This document shows positions 49,399 to 60,412 of a stretch of 60,978 nucleotides of DNA, piece after piece. Source of the stretch: Marinoscillum sp. (GTDB lineage: Bacteria > Bacteroidota > Bacteroidia > Cytophagales > MED-G16); NCBI GenBank assembly GCA_042095375.1, contig JBELBJ010000002.1, positions 1 to 60,978 of the forward strand, written 5' to 3'. The notes beneath the pieces are model-generated. The model was not told the DNA's origin, searched no databases, and saw only the letters and a list, made by a program, of their open reading frames with translations. Every line of letters begins with the position of its first letter. The stretch's first letter is position 1. The position numbers and the translations under genes were made by a program.

Positions 49399-52344
49399 TT
49401 GAATTTTCAGAAAATAAATGATATAACTGGATGGATAATGTTTGTTATATCTTTTATTGTCTATTCAATAACTGTAGAAGATACAGCAAGTTTTTGGGAT
49501 TGTGGTGAGTTTATCGCTGTATCCTATAAGCTAGAAGTACCACATCCTCCAGGAGCTCCATTTTATCTATTGTTAGGTAGAATTTTCTCATTCCTGGCTT
49601 TAGGTAATGTTGAAAAGGTATCTTTAGCAATCAATTTTCTTAGCGTTATAACAAGTGCTTTTACTATATTATTTCTATTTTGGACTATAACTCATTTTTC
49701 TAAAAAACTCTTTGAAACTAATAATAATATTAATCTTATTTTAGTAATCTCATCAGGTATTATTGGTTCACTCTCATACACTTTTACGGATTCATTTTGG
49801 TTTTCAGCTGTCGAAGCTGAAGTTTATGCTATGTCATCTTTTTTTACCGCATTTGTTTTTTGGGCTATATTAAAATGGGAAAATATTGAAGATGAAAAGA
49901 AAAAAAATAGATGGATAATATTAATCGCCTATATGATGGGATTATCTATAGGGGTACATTTATTAAATTTAGTTACTATCCCAGCACTTGCTCTAATAAT
50001 ATATTTCAATAAAACAAAAACAATTAACTTATTAGGAATTTTTTATACCCTAATTATAAGTGTATTTTTAATTGGGTTTATAATGATAGGAATTATTCCT
50101 GGATTGCCCACTTTAGCCAGCAATTTTGAAATATTTTTTGTAAACAGTCTTAACCTTCCATTTGGATCTGGAATAATATTTTTTTCAATTTCTTTACTTT
50201 TAGGATTGGTATATTCAATAATATATTCTCAACAAAAACAAATTGTTTGGTTAAATACTTCATTGATTGCTCTAAGTTTTGTACTAATTGGTTATTCATC
50301 ATATTCTTTAGTATTAATTAGGTCAAGCTTTAATCCTCCAATAGATGAAAACAATCCGGAAAATATTTTGAGTTTCATATCTTATTTAAAAAGAGAGCAA
50401 TATGGAAATAGACCACTTTTTCATGGGCAATATTATGATGCAGAAGTTATAGATCAAAAACAAGAAAAAATAGTTTATAAACGAGGAAAAGAAAAATATG
50501 AAATAAAAGATAAAAGCTTTAGTTACGTCTACGATCCTAAAAGAACAACAATATTTCCAAGAATGTACAGTGGATCAAATCCAAACCATAAAGAAAGGTA
50601 TAGAGAGATTGTAGGGCTTGGAAAAAATGAAAAACCAAATTTTTCAGACAATTTGGAGTTCATGTTTAAATATCAAATTGGTCATATGTATTTAAGATAT
50701 CTACTATGGAATTTTTCAGGAAGAGAATCTGATATTCAAGATGCTAATTGGTTAAGCATTAATGATAAATTTAAAAATGTACCTGAAGAAATTCTTAATA
50801 ACAAAGCAAGAAATAATTATTATATGATTCCTCTAATTTTAGCTTTGATTGGTCTTTTTTACCATTATTTTAGAGATAAAAAAAACTTTTCAGTTGTGAT
50901 GGCTCTATTTATACTTACAGGAGTAGCGCTTGTAGTATATTTAAATAGTCCACCATCAGAACCTAGAGAAAGAGATTATATTTATGCAGGTTCCTATTAT
51001 GCATTTTCAATTTGGATAGGAATAGGAGTTTTATCTATTTTTTCATTTCTTTATTCAATTTTAAAAAATAATAAAATCTCTCTATTTATCTCTATTCTAA
51101 TTGGTGTAATAAGTCCAATAATCTTATGTATTGAAAATTGGGATGACCATGATCGGTCAAATAGATATTTATCAGTAGATTCAGCTAAAAATTTACTAGC
51201 TTCCTGTGCTCCAAATTCTATATTATTCACAGGAGGAGATAACGATACATTTCCTCTTTGGTATGTACAAGAGGTAGAAGGTTTTCGAACTGATGTGAGA
51301 GTTATTGTTTTAAGTTATTTCAATACAGATTGGTATATAGACCAAATGAGAAGTAAAAAAAATGATTCTGAAAAATTAAAATTTCTACTCACAGATGAGA
51401 ATTATCAACAAGGAGGACTTAACGACTATTTACCTTTCATTAAAAACCCACAAATAAACAATGCTTCAATTAATTTGAATGCATATCTTAATCTGATAAA
51501 ATCTGAAAATAAAGGGATTCAAGTTCCAGCTGCTCTAAGTAATTATAATATACTTCCATCTAAATCATTATATATAGATATTGATACAAATAATTTAAAT
51601 CTGAATAAAATAATTCCTCAACAATTTTTAAAATTTTTAGTTAATAGATTAATTATAAATCTAAAAGAAAATAAAGGTGGTTTGGAAAAAAAAGATTTAG
51701 CAATATTAGATTTTATTAATTCAAATAACTGGGAAAGACCAATATATTTTAATAATACATCATTAAATGGAACAAATCTTAATTTTAAAAGAAATGTTGT
51801 TCAAGAAGGACTTGCTTATAGATTGTTACCATTGGTAAATCCAAATCCATCTAAAAACTTTATAAATACCGATATAATGTATGATAATATGATTAATAAA
51901 TTTTATTGGAGAGAATTAGATAACGAAAAAACATATTATTCTGAAGATCATAGAGGATTTGTTTTAAATTATAGAGCAACTTTTAATACACTTGCTGCTG
52001 AACTAATCAAAATTGGGGAGACTGAAAAAGCAAAAAATGTAATAAAAACTTGTTTAAAGTTAATACCTGATAAAGCAGTGAATTTTGATCATTTTTCTGT
52101 ACAAAAAGTTGATATGCTTTTATCGATGGGAGAAAATGAAACGGCAAATAATATTGCTGAAATTACAAGTAAAAGATCTGATCAAATGTTAGAATATCTT
52201 ATTAATAATAATGTAAATAACAAATATCAAATTCAAAGAAATCTAGTTTCTCTAAATGCCTTAGCTAGAGCATATAATAAAGATGGTCAATTTGATTTAG
52301 CAACCAAGTACAATGACTTATTTGAAAAACATTATAAAAATTAG
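49399..52344 (+). CDS. DUF2723-family polytopic membrane protein (TMEM260-like GT-C fold), TTG start
   Basis: SFWDCGEFIA, HPPGAP, FWFSAVEAEVY, GLSIGVHLLNL, RERDY and GDNDTFPLWY. The first codon is TTG. Confidence 0.88.
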   Translation: MNFQKINDITGWIMFVISFIVYSITVEDTASFWDCGEFIAVSYKLEVPHPPGAPFYLLLGRIFSFLALGNVEKVSLAINFLSVITSAFTILFLFWTITHFSKKLFETNNNINLILVISSGIIGSLSYTFTDSFWFSAVEAEVYAMSSFFTAFVFWAILKWENIEDEKKKNRWIILIAYMMGLSIGVHLLNLVTIPALALIIYFNKTKTINLLGIFYTLIISVFLIGFIMIGIIPGLPTLASNFEIFFVNSLNLPFGSGIIFFSISLLLGLVYSIIYSQQKQIVWLNTSLIALSFVLIGYSSYSLVLIRSSFNPPIDENNPENILSFISYLKREQYGNRPLFHGQYYDAEVIDQKQEKIVYKRGKEKYEIKDKSFSYVYDPKRTTIFPRMYSGSNPNHKERYREIVGLGKNEKPNFSDNLEFMFKYQIGHMYLRYLLWNFSGRESDIQDANWLSINDKFKNVPEEILNNKARNNYYMIPLILALIGLFYHYFRDKKNFSVVMALFILTGVALVVYLNSPPSEPRERDYIYAGSYYAFSIWIGIGVLSIFSFLYSILKNNKISLFISILIGVISPIILCIENWDDHDRSNRYLSVDSAKNLLASCAPNSILFTGGDNDTFPLWYVQEVEGFRTDVRVIVLSYFNTDWYIDQMRSKKNDSEKLKFLLTDENYQQGGLNDYLPFIKNPQINNASINLNAYLNLIKSENKGIQVPAALSNYNILPSKSLYIDIDTNNLNLNKIIPQQFLKFLVNRLIINLKENKGGLEKKDLAILDFINSNNWERPIYFNNTSLNGTNLNFKRNVVQEGLAYRLLPLVNPNPSKNFINTDIMYDNMINKFYWRELDNEKTYYSEDHRGFVLNYRATFNTLAAELIKIGETEKAKNVIKTCLKLIPDKAVNFDHFSVQKVDMLLSMGENETANNIAEITSKRSDQMLEYLINNNVNNKYQIQRNLVSLNALARAYNKDGQFDLATKYNDLFEKHYKN

Positions 52345-52351
52345 ATTATTT

Positions 52352-52675
52352 CTATTTCTTTAAAAATTTTAAAGCTTTTTTATACTTCGATTTATCATTA
52401 GCTACAATTATAAAATAATAACCGCTAGATATTTCCTTAACTGAAAATTTAATTTTATTATTTGAAACAATATTACTTGAAACATTGATTCTATTACCTA
52501 TTATACTATGAATTTGAAAATTGAAATCTTGGATATTTTTAGTATTAGATTCGAGAATTACAAACTCTGAAGCGGGGTTTGGATATATATCAAATTTAAA
52601 TTCATTTTTTAATTCTTGAGCATTTACTAGAATTGGTAATAAAAAAAATAAAAAAAATAAGAGATGTTGTTTCAT
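52352..52675 (-). CDS. Small protein made of a signal peptide plus a T9SS type A sorting-domain-like fold only
   Basis: VNA|Q signal, then IYPNPAS...FQIHSIIG...ISSGYYFI...KFLKK, with about 8 residues between signal and CTD. Confidence 0.7.
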   Translation of the reverse strand: MKQHLLFFLFFLLPILVNAQELKNEFKFDIYPNPASEFVILESNTKNIQDFNFQIHSIIGNRINVSSNIVSNNKIKFSVKEISSGYYFIIVANDKSKYKKALKFLKK

Positions 52676-52714
52676 TAAAAAAAATTAATCAATCATAAAA
52701 TTAGATAAAAAAGA

Positions 52715-54211
52715 TTAATTATCTATTTTTTTAAATGCTTTTGGTAAAGAATCAATTAAATCTGTGGCCATCAAAGATTCTTCACCTAAATGTTTTGTAG
52801 TAATATCACCTGATAATCCATGAATGTATACACCCATAATCATTGCATCAAAAGGTTTATAGCCTCGACCAATTAAACCGGTAATAATTCCAGTTAATAC
52901 ATCTCCACTTCCACCTGTTGCCATTCCTGGATTTCCAGTTGTATTAATAAATAATTCACCATTAATATCTGTCATCATAGAAAAAGGACCTTTTATTAAA
53001 ATATTTAATTTAAATTTTTTACTTAGTTTTTTCTGAAGTTTGATTCGTTGATTAGAATCTTTATATGTCCCCACTAATCTTTTGAATTCCTTTGGATGTG
53101 GAGTTAATATAGAGTGGTTGGGTAAAAATTTTAAAATATTTTTATTTCTTGCTATAATGTTAATTGCATCAGCATCTATAACTAAAGGAATTTTTGCTAT
53201 TTTAATTAATTTTATAATAGCCTTCTCGGTATCCCTATGAAGCCCTATTCCTGGACCTATACCAATTGAATTAAAAACTTCTAATTTAGGAATTGCAGAT
53301 ATATGATTTTTTTTAGTATCGGTGATGGTCATTGCTTCAGGAACTGAAGTTTGAATTATTGATTCACCAATTTTTGGAACATATACAGAAAGAAGGCCTA
53401 TACCTGATTTTAAGGAAGCTTTACATGACATGATACAAGCACCCATTTTACCCCTACTACCAGAAATAATAAGACCATGCCCAAAGGTTCCCTTATGAGA
53501 AATTAAACTTCTACTAATTATTCTTTTTTTAATATCATCTTTTTCTATTAAAGATGCTGAAGGCAATAGTTTATCTAATACGTCTTTATCTAAACCAATA
53601 TCTGTTATAAGAACTTTGCCAATAAAATTTATATATTCAGGAAAAAAAAAGGATAATTTTGGCGTTTGGAATGTAAATATGTAATCTGAATTAAAAAAAA
53701 CATTTCCAAGTACTTCATTTGGTGAAATACCAGAAGGAATATCAATAGAAATTTTTTTACCCTTTAAATTATTTAAGTGTTTTATTAAACCCATACATGG
53801 GTCCTCTAATTTTCTAGATAAACCATATCCAAATAAACCATCTATTATAATTTCTGAATCTTTAATTTTAGAAATTATATTTTCATTTATATTAAAAATA
53901 GGAATTTTCTTATTCAAATTATTTAATTGGATTAAACAATCTTTAGATATTTTATTTTGATGATTTAAAAAAAACACTTTTACATTATATCCACTATCAT
54001 AAAGCTTATTTGATATAAGTAATGCATCACCTCCATTATTACCAAAACCGCAAAAAATTTGTAGGTTATTAGATTTAGAAAATTTTGATATAAACCAAGT
54101 TGTAAAACTCTCGCAAGCTCTTTCCATAAGTTTCAAAGAAGATATTCTCTGATTTTCAATGGTTTTAAGATCAAGACTTTTAAGGTTTGAAGAAGACAAA
54201 GCTTTAAGCAT
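52715..54211 (-). CDS. nnr: Bifunctional NAD(P)HX epimerase/dehydratase
   Basis: CGFGNNGGDAL, IIDGLFGYG, SIDIPSG, HKGTFGH, GIGPGIG, VIDADAIN, LTPHPKEF and MATGGSGDVLTG. Confidence 0.93.
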   Translation of the reverse strand: MLKALSSSNLKSLDLKTIENQRISSLKLMERACESFTTWFISKFSKSNNLQIFCGFGNNGGDALLISNKLYDSGYNVKVFFLNHQNKISKDCLIQLNNLNKKIPIFNINENIISKIKDSEIIIDGLFGYGLSRKLEDPCMGLIKHLNNLKGKKISIDIPSGISPNEVLGNVFFNSDYIFTFQTPKLSFFFPEYINFIGKVLITDIGLDKDVLDKLLPSASLIEKDDIKKRIISRSLISHKGTFGHGLIISGSRGKMGACIMSCKASLKSGIGLLSVYVPKIGESIIQTSVPEAMTITDTKKNHISAIPKLEVFNSIGIGPGIGLHRDTEKAIIKLIKIAKIPLVIDADAINIIARNKNILKFLPNHSILTPHPKEFKRLVGTYKDSNQRIKLQKKLSKKFKLNILIKGPFSMMTDINGELFINTTGNPGMATGGSGDVLTGIITGLIGRGYKPFDAMIMGVYIHGLSGDITTKHLGEESLMATDLIDSLPKAFKKIDN

Positions 54212-54215
54212 AAAA

Positions 54216-55286
54216 TTACTTAATCAATTGATCAACTCTATTTGCAATCCAATCACCTACTTCATTGGTTTTATAAAATTTATTATCATTGATATCTTCT
54301 GTAACTATTCCATTATTTAAAGCATCATTTACAGCATCAATAATAATTTTTTCTTCAAATCCCATATTAAAAGAATAATTAATCATCATCGCAGAAGATA
54401 AAATCATTGCCATTGGATTCGCAATATTTTTTCCTGCTACTTGGGGATAAGAACCATGTATTGGTTCAAACAAACTCATATCTTTTCCAACAGAAGCAGA
54501 TGGTAACATTCCTAATGAACCAGTTATTACTGAAGCTTCATCTGTAATTATATCTCCAAACATGTTTTCTGTTAATATAACATCAAAGTCAGAAGGGTTA
54601 GATATAATTTTCATAGCTGCATTATCAACAAATAAATAATCGACTTTCACATCAGAATAATTTTTAGAAATATTTTGAACAACTTGTCTCCATAATCTCG
54701 ATGTTGATAATACATTTGCTTTATCTACTAATGTAAGCTTTTTGTTTCTTTTTAAAGCCTCATTAAATGCTAAAAAAGAAATTCTTTCAATTTCACTTTT
54801 TTTATAAACACAAGTATCATAGGCTTTATTACCATCATCCGAAATTCCTTTTTTACCAAAATAAATTCCACCAGTTAACTCTCTAAAAACTATAAAATCT
54901 ACATTTTTAAGAATCTTATTTTTTAAAGGAGAATATTCAATTAAAGAATTATAAGTTTTTACAGGCCTTATATTAGCATATAAACCTAAAAATTTTCTCA
55001 TTTCTAACAATCCATCCTCTGGTCTAATTTTAGCTTTTGGATCATTATCATATTTTGGATCACCTATCGCTCCAAACAAGATTGCATCAGATGATTTACA
55101 AATATCTTTTGTATCATCTGGAAAAGGATTACCTTTTTTGTTTATTGCTGATGCCCCGACTAAAGCTTTAGAATAGTTAAATTTTATTTTACTTTTTTTT
55201 GAAATAATATCCAAAACTTTAATAGCTTCTTTCATTACCTCAGGACCAATACCATCTCCTTCTAATACAGCAATATTTTTTATCAT
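54216..55286 (-). CDS. leuB: 3-isopropylmalate dehydrogenase
   Basis: GDGIGPE, RELTGGIYFG, VDKANVL, NMFGDIITDEAS and EPIHGSYP. Confidence 0.95.
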   Translation of the reverse strand: MIKNIAVLEGDGIGPEVMKEAIKVLDIISKKSKIKFNYSKALVGASAINKKGNPFPDDTKDICKSSDAILFGAIGDPKYDNDPKAKIRPEDGLLEMRKFLGLYANIRPVKTYNSLIEYSPLKNKILKNVDFIVFRELTGGIYFGKKGISDDGNKAYDTCVYKKSEIERISFLAFNEALKRNKKLTLVDKANVLSTSRLWRQVVQNISKNYSDVKVDYLFVDNAAMKIISNPSDFDVILTENMFGDIITDEASVITGSLGMLPSASVGKDMSLFEPIHGSYPQVAGKNIANPMAMILSSAMMINYSFNMGFEEKIIIDAVNDALNNGIVTEDINDNKFYKTNEVGDWIANRVDQLIK

Positions 55287-55879
55287 ACTTTATTTAATTT
55301 TTCAAACTCTAAAATTGAATCTTTCTTATTATTCAAATAATCGATGTTATCATATCCATTAATTAGGCATGTTTTATTAAAACTATTAATACTAAATGAC
55401 TCATTGAATGATCCATTATTAGTAAAAAATGCTTGATTCTCCAAATCAACATTAAATTCAATTTTTTCATTATCTCTAATTAATTCAAAAACTTTACTTA
55501 AAGATTTTTCATTTAATTTTATGGTCAATAGACCATTATTTAATGCGTTATTGTTGAATATATCTGCAAAAAAACTACTAACTACTACTCTAAATCCAAA
55601 ATCATAAATTGCCCATGCAGCATGCTCTCTACTTGAACCACATCCGAAATTTCTTCCTGAAACCAATATTTTATTTTGATTATCTGATCTATTTAATATA
55701 AAATCAGTAATAGGTTTATTCATGTTATCATATCTCCAATCCCTAAATAAATTATCTCCAAAACCTTCCCTAGATATAGCTTTCAAAAATCTTGCTGGTA
55801 TAATTTGATCAGTATCGATATTCTCAATAGAAATCGGTGTTGCCTTAGATAAAATATTTTTAAATTTTTCCATAATCAA
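55283..55879 (-). CDS. leuD: 3-isopropylmalate dehydratase small subunit
   Basis: [20 protein letters not shown] and [11 protein letters not shown]. Confidence 0.96.
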   Translation of the reverse strand: MIMEKFKNILSKATPISIENIDTDQIIPARFLKAISREGFGDNLFRDWRYDNMNKPITDFILNRSDNQNKILVSGRNFGCGSSREHAAWAIYDFGFRVVVSSFFADIFNNNALNNGLLTIKLNEKSLSKVFELIRDNEKIEFNVDLENQAFFTNNGSFNESFSINSFNKTCLINGYDNIDYLNNKKDSILEFEKLNKV

Positions 55880-57273
55880 ATATAGTCTCTAACATCCGTT
55901 ACATATCCATTTACTGCTGTTGCAGCAGCAGTTAAAGGACTAGCTAGCATTGTTCTAGAGCCTGGTCCTTGCCTTCCTTCAAAATTTCTGTTTGAAGTAG
56001 AAACACAAAATTTACTTTTAGGTATCTTATCTTCGTTCATTGCAAGACAAGCAGAACAACCTGGTTGTCTAAATTCAAAACCTGCATTTTTAAATATCTT
56101 ATCTATTCCTTCTTCGACAGCCATCTTTTCTACTTGTTTAGATCCAGGAATAACCCATGCACTCACGCCAGATGCTTTTTGTTTTCCATCAATAAATTTT
56201 GCTGCTATTCTTAAATCCTCCATTCTTGAATTTGTACAACTACCTATAAAAACATAATCTATTTTTTTGTTTAATAAATGAGTTCCAGATTTTAAACCCA
56301 TATAATTCAAAGATTTATCAAATGAATCTTTAGATCCCTCCATTGGTAATTCAGGTATTTTATCTCTTATTTTCATTCCCATTCCAGGATTTGTTCCATA
56401 TGTTATCATTGGTTCAATATCTTTAGCATCAAATTTCATAACCTTATCATATTTAGCATTGCTATCAGAAACCAAAGTTTTCCAATACTTTACTTTATTA
56501 TCAAAATCAATACCATCAGGTGAAAATTTTTTATTTTTAACATAGTCAAAAGTTTTTTGATCAGGAGCAATCATACCTCCCCTAGCACCCATCTCAATAC
56601 TCATATTACAAATAGTCATTCTAGCTTCCATTGATAGAGAAGAAATTGTAGAACCAGAATATTCTACAAAATACCCTGTTCCACCTGAAGAGGAAATTTT
56701 TGAAATAATATATAATATTATATCCTTAGAAAAAACACCATTTTGTAATTCTCCATTTATTTCAATCAACATAGTTTTAGGTTTTTTTTGAAGTAAACAT
56801 TGAGTTGCTAATACCATTTCTACCTCACTTGTTCCTATTCCAAAAGCAATAGAACCAAATGCTCCATGTGTTGAAGTATGACTATCTCCACATACAATTG
56901 TCATCCCTGGTTGAGTTATACCAAGTTCTGGACCAATAACATGGACTATTCCTTGATATTTATGGCCAAGTCCATATAATTCAATTCCAAAATCTTTACA
57001 GTTTTTTGAAAGTTGGTTTAACTGATTTCTTGATAATTCTTCTTTAATTGGTAAATGTTGATTTAATGTGGGAACATTGTGATCAGCAGTTGCAATAGTT
57101 TTTTCAGGACGAAAAACCTTAATTCCTCTTTTTCTTAACCCTAAAAAAGCTTGAGGACTAGTTACCTCATGAATCAAATGCTTATCTATATACAGAATAC
57201 TTGGACCATCAGGAATTTCATCTACCACATGAGATTCCCATACTTTATCAAATAAGGTTTTAGGATGATTCAT
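55876..57273 (-). CDS. leuC: 3-isopropylmalate dehydratase large subunit
   Basis: [49 protein letters not shown] and [12 protein letters not shown]. Confidence 0.97.
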   Translation of the reverse strand: MNHPKTLFDKVWESHVVDEIPDGPSILYIDKHLIHEVTSPQAFLGLRKRGIKVFRPEKTIATADHNVPTLNQHLPIKEELSRNQLNQLSKNCKDFGIELYGLGHKYQGIVHVIGPELGITQPGMTIVCGDSHTSTHGAFGSIAFGIGTSEVEMVLATQCLLQKKPKTMLIEINGELQNGVFSKDIILYIISKISSSGGTGYFVEYSGSTISSLSMEARMTICNMSIEMGARGGMIAPDQKTFDYVKNKKFSPDGIDFDNKVKYWKTLVSDSNAKYDKVMKFDAKDIEPMITYGTNPGMGMKIRDKIPELPMEGSKDSFDKSLNYMGLKSGTHLLNKKIDYVFIGSCTNSRMEDLRIAAKFIDGKQKASGVSAWVIPGSKQVEKMAVEEGIDKIFKNAGFEFRQPGCSACLAMNEDKIPKSKFCVSTSNRNFEGRQGPGSRTMLASPLTAAATAVNGYVTDVRDYI

Positions 57274-57282
57274 TTAAGTGAA

Positions 57283-58437
57283 TTATTTTTTTTTCTTAAC
57301 TAATTCATATAAATCTTCATCATGAATTAATTTCTTTCTATCTGCCATCTCAAGAAATTTTGTATAAATTGTTTCCAACTCAATTTTACTTAGTTTAATG
57401 CCCAATAAAGAAAGCCTATGTGATAATGCTGCTCTTCCACTTCTGGCGGTTAAGTCTATAGAAGAAGAGTCAACACCTACAACTTCAGGATCGATAATTT
57501 CATATGTTTCTCTATGCTTAAGAAAACCATCTTGATGTATTCCAGATGAATGAGCAAATGCATTAGCTCCTACTATTGCTTTATTTCTCTGAACAGGCAT
57601 ATTCATTAGTTTACTAACTTTTTTACTCAATGGAACAATTTTTTTTGTGTTAATACCAGTTCTAAAATTTAAATGTTTGTGAGCATGAATAGCCATTACT
57701 ACTTCCTCAAGAGAAGTATTTCCAGCTCTTTCTCCAATACCATTCATTGTTACTTCAACTTGTCGTGCACCGTTTTGTAATCCAGCTATTGAATTAGCTG
57801 TAGCCAATCCTAAATCATTATGACAATGAACTGAAATTGTAGCTTTATCAATATTAGGGACATTGTTTTTCAAAAACTTGATTTTTTCACCATACATATC
57901 AGGCAAATTATAACCAGTTGTATCAGCAATATTTATTACAGTAACACCTGCTTTAATTACTTCTTCAACCATTTTACATAAAAAACCTTGATCGGCTCTT
58001 CCAGCATCTTCAGGATAAAATTCAATATCATCAAAATATTTTGTAGCATATTTTACAGCTGATACAGCTTGATCTAAAACTTTTTCTCTTGTAGATTTAA
58101 ATTTATATTTGATATGAATATCTGAAGCGCCAATGCCTGTGTGAAGTCTTTTTCTTTTAGCATCCTTGAGAGATAAATTTGCCATATCGATATCCATTAC
58201 AACTGCTCTGCTAAGAGCACAAATAATAGGTTTTTTTACGTTTTTAGATATTTCTACAATAGAATTAAAATCCCCAGGACTTGAAATTGGAAAACCAGCT
58301 TCTAAAACATCAACTCCAAGATCCTCTAGATCTTTAGCAATCTCAACTTTTTCTTTTGAATTAAGCTGGCATCCAGGAACTTGTTCTCCATCCCTTAGCG
58401 TAGTATCAAAAACTATTATTTTTTCTTTTTTAGCCAC
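57283..58437 (-). CDS. leuA: 2-isopropylmalate synthase, short form without the C-terminal regulatory domain
   Basis: [31 protein letters not shown] and HSSGIHQDG; ends at 384 aa. Confidence 0.9.
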   Translation of the reverse strand: MAKKEKIIVFDTTLRDGEQVPGCQLNSKEKVEIAKDLEDLGVDVLEAGFPISSPGDFNSIVEISKNVKKPIICALSRAVVMDIDMANLSLKDAKRKRLHTGIGASDIHIKYKFKSTREKVLDQAVSAVKYATKYFDDIEFYPEDAGRADQGFLCKMVEEVIKAGVTVINIADTTGYNLPDMYGEKIKFLKNNVPNIDKATISVHCHNDLGLATANSIAGLQNGARQVEVTMNGIGERAGNTSLEEVVMAIHAHKHLNFRTGINTKKIVPLSKKVSKLMNMPVQRNKAIVGANAFAHSSGIHQDGFLKHRETYEIIDPEVVGVDSSSIDLTARSGRAALSHRLSLLGIKLSKIELETIYTKFLEMADRKKLIHDEDLYELVKKKK

Positions 58438-58440
58438 AGA

Positions 58441-59667
58441 TTACATGTTTTTTATAATTTCTTCACCAAATTCGGAACATGATAGTAAAGTTGCTTCATC
58501 CATTAATCTTTCAAAGTCATAAGTAACTTTTTTACTAGATATAGATTTTGTTATACCCTTATGAATAAGATTTTTAGCTTCGACCCATCCTAAATACTCT
58601 AACATCATAGCACCAGATAAAATAACTGAACCTGGGTTTACCTTATTTTTTCCTGCATATTTTGGTGCAGTTCCATGTGTAGCTTCAAAAATAGCATGAC
58701 CAGTTTCATAATTGATATTTGCTCCTGGAGCTATTCCAATTCCACCAACTATCGCAGCTAGAGCATCTGAAATATAATCTCCATTTAGGTTCATGGTTGC
58801 AACTACAGAATATTCTTTTGGCCTTAAAAGAATTTGTTGTAAAAAGGCATCAGCAATAACATCTTTAATAATTATTTTTCTATTTTCAATATTTATTTCT
58901 TGCCATGGCCCACCATCTAAATCATTAGCTCCAAATTCTTCTTTTGCTATTTTATACCCCCAATCTCTGAAAGAACCCTCCGTATATTTCATAATATTTC
59001 CTTTGTGGACAAAGGTGACTGAAGCTCTTTTATTTTTAATAGCGTAATCAATAGCAGATCTAACTAACCTTGAAGTTCCCTCTTCTGAAATTGGTTTTAA
59101 ACCTATTCCACTTGATTCTGGAAATCTTATTTTATCAAATTTTTGTTCAAAATTTTCTTTTAATAAAGATTTGATTTTTTCATTTTCTTTTGTGCCGTTC
59201 TCAAATTCAATTCCAGCATAAATATCTTCAGTATTTTCTCTAAAAATAACCATATCAGTAGTGCTTGGATCTTTAACAGGAGATGGGGTACCATCAAACC
59301 ATCTAACAGGTCTTACACATGCAAAAAGATCTAGCTTCTGTCTTAAAGCTACATTTAATGAAGTGATTCCACCTCCAACAGGTGTAGTAAGAGGACCTTT
59401 TATTCCAACTAAATATTTATTAAATGAATCAAGGGTTTCTTGAGGAAGCCATTCCCCAGTTTGATTAAATGCTTTTTCTCCAGCTAATACTTCTAACCAC
59501 TCAATTTTTTTTGAACCTGAATAAGCTTTTTCAACTGCATTGTCAATAACTTTTTTACTTGTAGACCAAATATCAATACCAATACCATCCCCTTCTATAA
59601 AGGGTATAATTGGATTGTTTCCAACAATTAGATTTTTATCTTTAATTGTAATAATATTTCCGTTCAT
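58441..59667 (-). CDS. icd: NADP-dependent isocitrate dehydrogenase (dimeric, E. coli type)
   Basis: [50 protein letters not shown] and [12 protein letters not shown]. Confidence 0.96.
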   Translation of the reverse strand: MNGNIITIKDKNLIVGNNPIIPFIEGDGIGIDIWSTSKKVIDNAVEKAYSGSKKIEWLEVLAGEKAFNQTGEWLPQETLDSFNKYLVGIKGPLTTPVGGGITSLNVALRQKLDLFACVRPVRWFDGTPSPVKDPSTTDMVIFRENTEDIYAGIEFENGTKENEKIKSLLKENFEQKFDKIRFPESSGIGLKPISEEGTSRLVRSAIDYAIKNKRASVTFVHKGNIMKYTEGSFRDWGYKIAKEEFGANDLDGGPWQEINIENRKIIIKDVIADAFLQQILLRPKEYSVVATMNLNGDYISDALAAIVGGIGIAPGANINYETGHAIFEATHGTAPKYAGKNKVNPGSVILSGAMMLEYLGWVEAKNLIHKGITKSISSKKVTYDFERLMDEATLLSCSEFGEEIIKNM

Positions 59668-59753
59668 ATTTTTACTTTAAATTAAGGCATGTAATTTAGA
59701 TATTTTTTAAGAAAATGATACCTTATTTATAAATTTTAGAAACTTAGGTTGAT

Positions 59754-60308
59754 TTATTTCCATTTTATGTTACACCCCATACTTGGAAGTTGATTGTCAT
59801 CAATTTCATTTTCTGAAATAAAATTATCAATTGCAAATCTTAAATCTTTACCGGTTGATATTTTTCCGCTACCAGGTGAAGAATCATCCATTCTTCCACG
59901 ATATATAAGTGAATTATTTTTATCAAAAAAATAAAATTCCGGGGTACACTCAGCCATATATTTTTTTGCAATTTCTTGTGATTCGTCATATAGGTATGGA
60001 ATTGAAAGGCCAAGATCTTTAAAAAGAATTTTCATATTTTCAGGAGAATCTTGAGGATAATTTTCTACATCATTAGAACTTATTGCAACAAACTCAATTT
60101 TCTTTTTAACATATTCATTAATTAACTTCACAAGCTGATCATGATAATGGATAACATATGGACAATGATTACATATAAACATTATAACCTTACCACATTC
60201 ATCAGATAAATTATTTGAAGAAAATTTTTCGCCTGTAATAACATTAGGAAGATCAAAACTTGGAAGTTTTGTAGTTAATGGAAGCATTTTTGAATAAGTT
60301 AATGACAT
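59754..60308 (-). CDS. Thioredoxin-fold protein (AhpC/TSA-like)
   Basis: FICNHCPYV, AISSND, YLYDESQ, ACTPEF-like ECTPEF, YRGRMDDS and SMGCNIKW. Confidence 0.88.
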   Translation of the reverse strand: MSLTYSKMLPLTTKLPSFDLPNVITGEKFSSNNLSDECGKVIMFICNHCPYVIHYHDQLVKLINEYVKKKIEFVAISSNDVENYPQDSPENMKILFKDLGLSIPYLYDESQEIAKKYMAECTPEFYFFDKNNSLIYRGRMDDSSPGSGKISTGKDLRFAIDNFISENEIDDNQLPSMGCNIKWK

Positions 60309-60412
60309 ATCAAATAATGTTTTTTTAAAGCTTAAATATAATATTTCAAATTAAAATTAATTTGTAATCTTTATTAAATTTTCTATATTCATCTAAATAA
60401 ATCAATACAAAA

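Noticed and set aside
443-59443. Short ORF-track entries nested in or antisense to long genes (e.g. 6865-7110, 11395-11709, 16636-16977, 18589-19032, 21446-21763, 40141-40476, 58166-58522)
   Set aside because: They lie entirely within well-supported genes, have no recognisable motifs, and show the composition expected of shadow frames.
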